Position numbers and translations under genes: made by a program. From Obrimoposthia wandeli (Eukaryota), in NCBI GenBank assembly GCA_977020255.1, contig CDROCS010000555.1, positions 620,001-684,000 on the forward strand: DNA of 64,000 nucleotides, in the 5' to 3' direction. This document shows positions 60,255-64,000 of the stretch, piece after piece. Under the pieces are notes generated by a model. The model saw nothing but the letters and a program-made list of their open reading frames with translations, did not search any database and was not told the origin of the DNA. Every line of letters begins with the position of its first letter. The first letter of the stretch is position 1.

Positions 60255-61819
60255 CTAAAAGATAATAATTTTAATTACTGTATTTTAATTATCCTGGCTC
60301 TATTTCAGCTGATACTGAATTACTAATTAGGTTACCTTAGGTTATCAAACAGAAAAAATCTATCTGCTTTGGTTACATTCTACGCATACAATGTACACTG
60401 ATCAGTCAGTATTTCTAATCAAATATCAGCTCTACAAAAGAATTCACTTTCCTAACCCTTTCACCAATTATATTGTACAGATTTCGACAAATTTATTTTA
60501 GGAATTTTAATTTTGTTTTTACTTTCTCCATTTAGTATTTTTGAACATCATTTCGATGAATAGTCATTTTAAATATTAATTTTATTCCCAAATCTGAACT
60601 TCGAATTTCTGTTCATACATCAAATCCCAGATTAGATTTTCTTATTTCACTTTTAGAATTAACAAATTAAACCTAAGGATTTTCTAAATATACTAAAATT
60701 TATTCTGTTCTCTGTATTCTTTAGGCCGCGTTTAAATAGTTTTAGAAATAAAATTTAAAATAAAATACAACTTCTTCATCAAACTCAACATTATCTGCTT
60801 CATAAATGTGATATTATTGTTCTTCTTCAGTCATTAATATATTGTTCATCACGATCTTTATACTCATTATCACATTCTAGAAAATCCATTGTAATCTATT
60901 TTTATACTTACTTTGCTTCCTCAATTCATATTTTCATACATTTTCCTTTTCCATATCACAAATAATTACCTAAATCTAACCATATAAACCTAATTCAGAC
61001 ACACACACAACATCAAAATGTGCAATCAAAATCAAAGAGGCCATTTTGCCAAACAAATTTAACAAAATCTTACAAACTCTAGTGCATTTAAACATATTTG
61101 CCATAATTGACCTAGTGAAATTTCAAATTATTGTGATGCCGCAAATGTAGATTCATTGAAATCAATTTCTTGTTTTACAAATTTGACACGGTATTTCGCA
61201 AGTTGTCTAAAAGGTTGTTGTAGGACGTCGAAGGGTAAGGGCAAGTCAAAGACGGCAACACATTTATTTAATTATAGATCATTCTACTTAATTTATATTT
61301 TCAAATTTTTGTAGCTAAGCTACTAAATGAATTATTAAATTCAACTATTTATTAGATTATCATCGATCTATGATAATATTATACAACAAACATTATTAAT
61401 AAAACATATAACCACAGGTAACACAAAAATGAAAGAAAGGATGCAAGAGAGAAAGGGGTCACAATATATCTATATTTTTTTATTTATATAAAAGTTTATG
61501 ATAAAATGCAATTTCGGTTGCAAATCACGTTCTGTTTATGCTATATCAATACAAATATACGCAAAAGATAGCTTTAACGGAAGTTTTATGTTACTGGTCT
61601 AATTTTGAAAACAAATATCAGTTATAAATATTACCCTATGGAATTCAAGATTGAGAAAACGCTGATTTTTCCTTCGCCAAATAAACACATATTTTTTGTA
61701 CAACAACTTAAATGAGAATAAAAGAATACATACTGCACATAAAGTTCACAATAAGCAGCCTAAGCTAAGTAAAAGAGTTCATTATGTTAATATTTGGTGG
61801 GATAATCTTTGTTTTTTTA

Positions 61820-62250
61820 TCACAGAAGCGATATGTCGAGGTATTTATTTCACCAGGCGTTGGCACTCTATTGGAGTCACCTCTAAGCACCAGCAGCGAG
61901 TAAAATCATTCTTTAGATATTGTAATTCTATGATAGTGCCTTTATTTTCCACTTCGTCGAATTCCAGAGAATTTCTATATGGTTGATGTCCGGACTGTTT
62001 CCAGGCCAGTTCAAAGCTTCAATCCTGTTATCACGAAACCAATTCTTGTTGTGTTTTAATATGTGACATGGCGCACTGTAATGTTAGAAGATTGCATTAG
62101 GGATAATTGCATGCCCTGGAGGTAGCTTCTCCCTCAAGATCATCATGTAAAGGGCAGAATTTATTTTTTGATTCTTGTCGAGAAAGTGAAGTGTCCCTCG
62201 ACTATGGTATAAAAAGCAGCCCCATACCATTGTTAGGTTTAGGAATTGAT
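61820..62250 (-). mobile_element. Tc1 (DD34E-type) transposase remnant
   Basis: IF*HYSAPCH...WF...LNWPGNSPDINHIEILW. Confidence 0.8.
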
Positions 62251-62698
62251 AAAAATAAAATAATTAATCGAATTTATAGTGAAATAAGAATCCTTGAAAG
62301 CAAGGTTATAAATTAAATAAAATTAAATATTAGAATTAAATTGTTAAAATTAAAAGGTAAATTGAATATTAAGAACCACAAAGGTCGTGTGTAATGCGCT
62401 GTATGTATAGGAGGTTAAATTATTATTAAGGGCCCCTAAAAACAAGAATCAATTAAGAAAAACGAAAATCTAATTAAGAAGATTATTGCGAAAAGTTTAT
62501 TTAGAAAAAAGGACGAAGAGAAAATCCAATTAGTCATCCATTAGAGTCCATTAGCGACCGAGCAGACAGAGTCCATTAGCGACCGACGAGAACCGAGCAG
62601 AACACGGACGGGAGAAACAACAGCTTTAGCCAGCAACGTAAGTGCACTTATTTTCAGTGCAAGTTGAATTCCCTAATTGCAGGATCGACAACAGAGAA

Positions 62699-62855
62699 TT
62701 GTCACAGACTAAATCAATTTGGAACACTTAGGAGAATTGTCGCGGACTCGGAGAGTTGTCGCGGACTAAGTCAATTTGGAGCACTTAGGAGAATTGTCGC
62801 GGACTCGGAGAGTTGTCGCGGACTAAGTCAATTTGAAGCACTTAGCGTTGGGAGG
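62699..62855. repeat. 57-bp tandem repeat, about 2.6 copies
   Basis: unit ttgtcgcggactaagtcaatttggagcacttaggagaattgtcgcggactcggagag. Confidence 0.9.
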
Positions 62856-62983
62856 TAAAATTTATATAAATAGAGACAACTTTAACCGCTCGTTCAGTAC
62901 GATTGCACGACAGGGAGAAAACTCATTCTCGCAACATAAATCCAAGAGGCCAGAAAAACGGGATAAACCAGAATATTGAAAGT

Positions 62984-63247
62984 GAAATATAACCGAATTG
63001 ATAACAGAATTGCAGAATATTGCACGTGAAATATAACCGAATTGATAACAGAATTGCAGAATATTGTACGTGAAATATAACCGAATTGATAACAGAATTG
63101 CAGAATATTGCACGTGAAATATAACCGAATTAATAACAGAATTGCAGAATATTGCACGTGAAATATAACCGAATTGATAACAGAATTGCAGAATATTACA
63201 CGCCAAATATAACCGAATTGATAACAGAATTGCAGAATATTGCACAC
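62984..63247. repeat. 44-bp tandem repeat, 6 copies
   Basis: unit gaaatataaccgaattgataacagaattgcagaatattgcacgt at 62984, 63028, 63072, 63116, 63160, 63204. Confidence 0.95.
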
Positions 63248-63594
63248 GACTCTCACAATCTTCAGAAAATTCGGGACCCAATAAATCCAGAAGCACCTCA
63301 ACTAGCGATCGAAACCGGACGCCAAGCCGATCATCAAATTAGGTAAGAGCACAGCTGGATAAAGAGCTATCTAAATTCAGACGTGCAGAACTCGAAAAAG
63401 AAAACGAAGCGCGCCAATTTTCCAAGAGATCAAGCATAGGACGTGGACGACAAACTATCGGACTAAAGGCCACTGTCCCAAAATCGAAACGAGAGCCGAG
63501 AGACCAAGAGAGGTCTTACCAGCGTCTGAACCAGGAATCGTACGAGCCGGAATCAGCTTATACTGGAAAAGGAGGTGAGCCGAAGCAATTTGAA

Positions 63595-64000
63595 TTCATA
63601 TTTTAAGTGAAAAGTTTGGAATAAAGTATTCGTCTATTTTTAAGTACGAAGTTTGAAATAAAGTATTCATTGATTTTAAATAAAAAGTTTGAAATAAAGT
63701 AATTCATATTTTAAGTGACAAGTTTGGAATAAAGTATTCGTCTATTTTTAAGTACGAAGTTTGAAATAAAGTATTCATTGATTTTAAGCAAAAGTTTGAA
63801 ATAAAGTAATTCATATTTTAAGTGAAAAGTTTGGAATAAAGTATTCGTCTATTTTTAAGTACGAAGTTTGAAATAAAGTATTCATTGATTTTAAGCAAAA
63901 AGTTTGAAATAAAGTAATTCATATTTTAAGTGAAAAGTTTGAAATAAAGTAATTCCATTTTAAGTGAAAAGTTCGGAATAAAGCATTTATCAATTAAAGT
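63595..64000. repeat. about 108-bp higher-order repeat made of three about 36-bp related monomers
   Basis: ttcatattttaagtga recurs at 63595, 63703, 63810, 63918; each monomer contains aagttt(g/gg)aataaagta. Confidence 0.9.

Noticed and set aside
62984-63247. CRISPR-like array
   Set aside because: The 44-bp units are contiguous with no unique spacers, there are no cas genes, and the context is eukaryotic.
62664-63346. ORFs 62664-62858, 62862-63296, 62894-63301, 63152-63346 as proteins
   Set aside because: They are translations of tandem repeats, open in several frames.
1-64000. Bacterial/phage origin or contamination
   Set aside because: The spliced host kinase gene, eukaryotic DNA transposons and interleaved insertions indicate genuine eukaryotic chromosomal DNA.

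Overview
Very AT-rich eukaryotic (invertebrate-like) genomic DNA. One host gene runs on the minus strand: seven phase-compatible, GC-rich exons (43482 to 22840) encode the cytoplasmic part of a DDR-like receptor tyrosine kinase with pseudokinase features (Gly-loop GCAQNG, DFG changed to DVA). Around it lie three decayed Polinton/Maverick (adintovirus-like) insertions. A (about 8.3-18.4 kb) has an almost complete gene set: packaging ATPase, chromodomain integrase, penton, major capsid, adenain protease and pPolB. B (about 51.0-58.45 kb) is truncated in the capsid gene and carries an IAP. C (about 4.15-5.13 kb, reversed) is a small remnant. Main discovery: all three carry a TATA-binding-protein (TBP)-like gene interrupted by a short spliceosomal intron at the same site, and the 9-mer TATAAACAA sits 28-45 nt upstream of the start codon of most other element genes (14 positioned exact copies, in different overlapping reading frames). 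This suggests a virus-encoded TBP with its own late-promoter element, which is an inference needing tests. Also seen: a conserved 25-27 aa MG...CC micro-ORF overlapping the integrase start, further 40-44 nt introns, a 31-bp hairpin at the likely B terminus, many decayed DNA transposons, and tandem arrays at the right end. Element boundaries are approximate and no database searches were possible.
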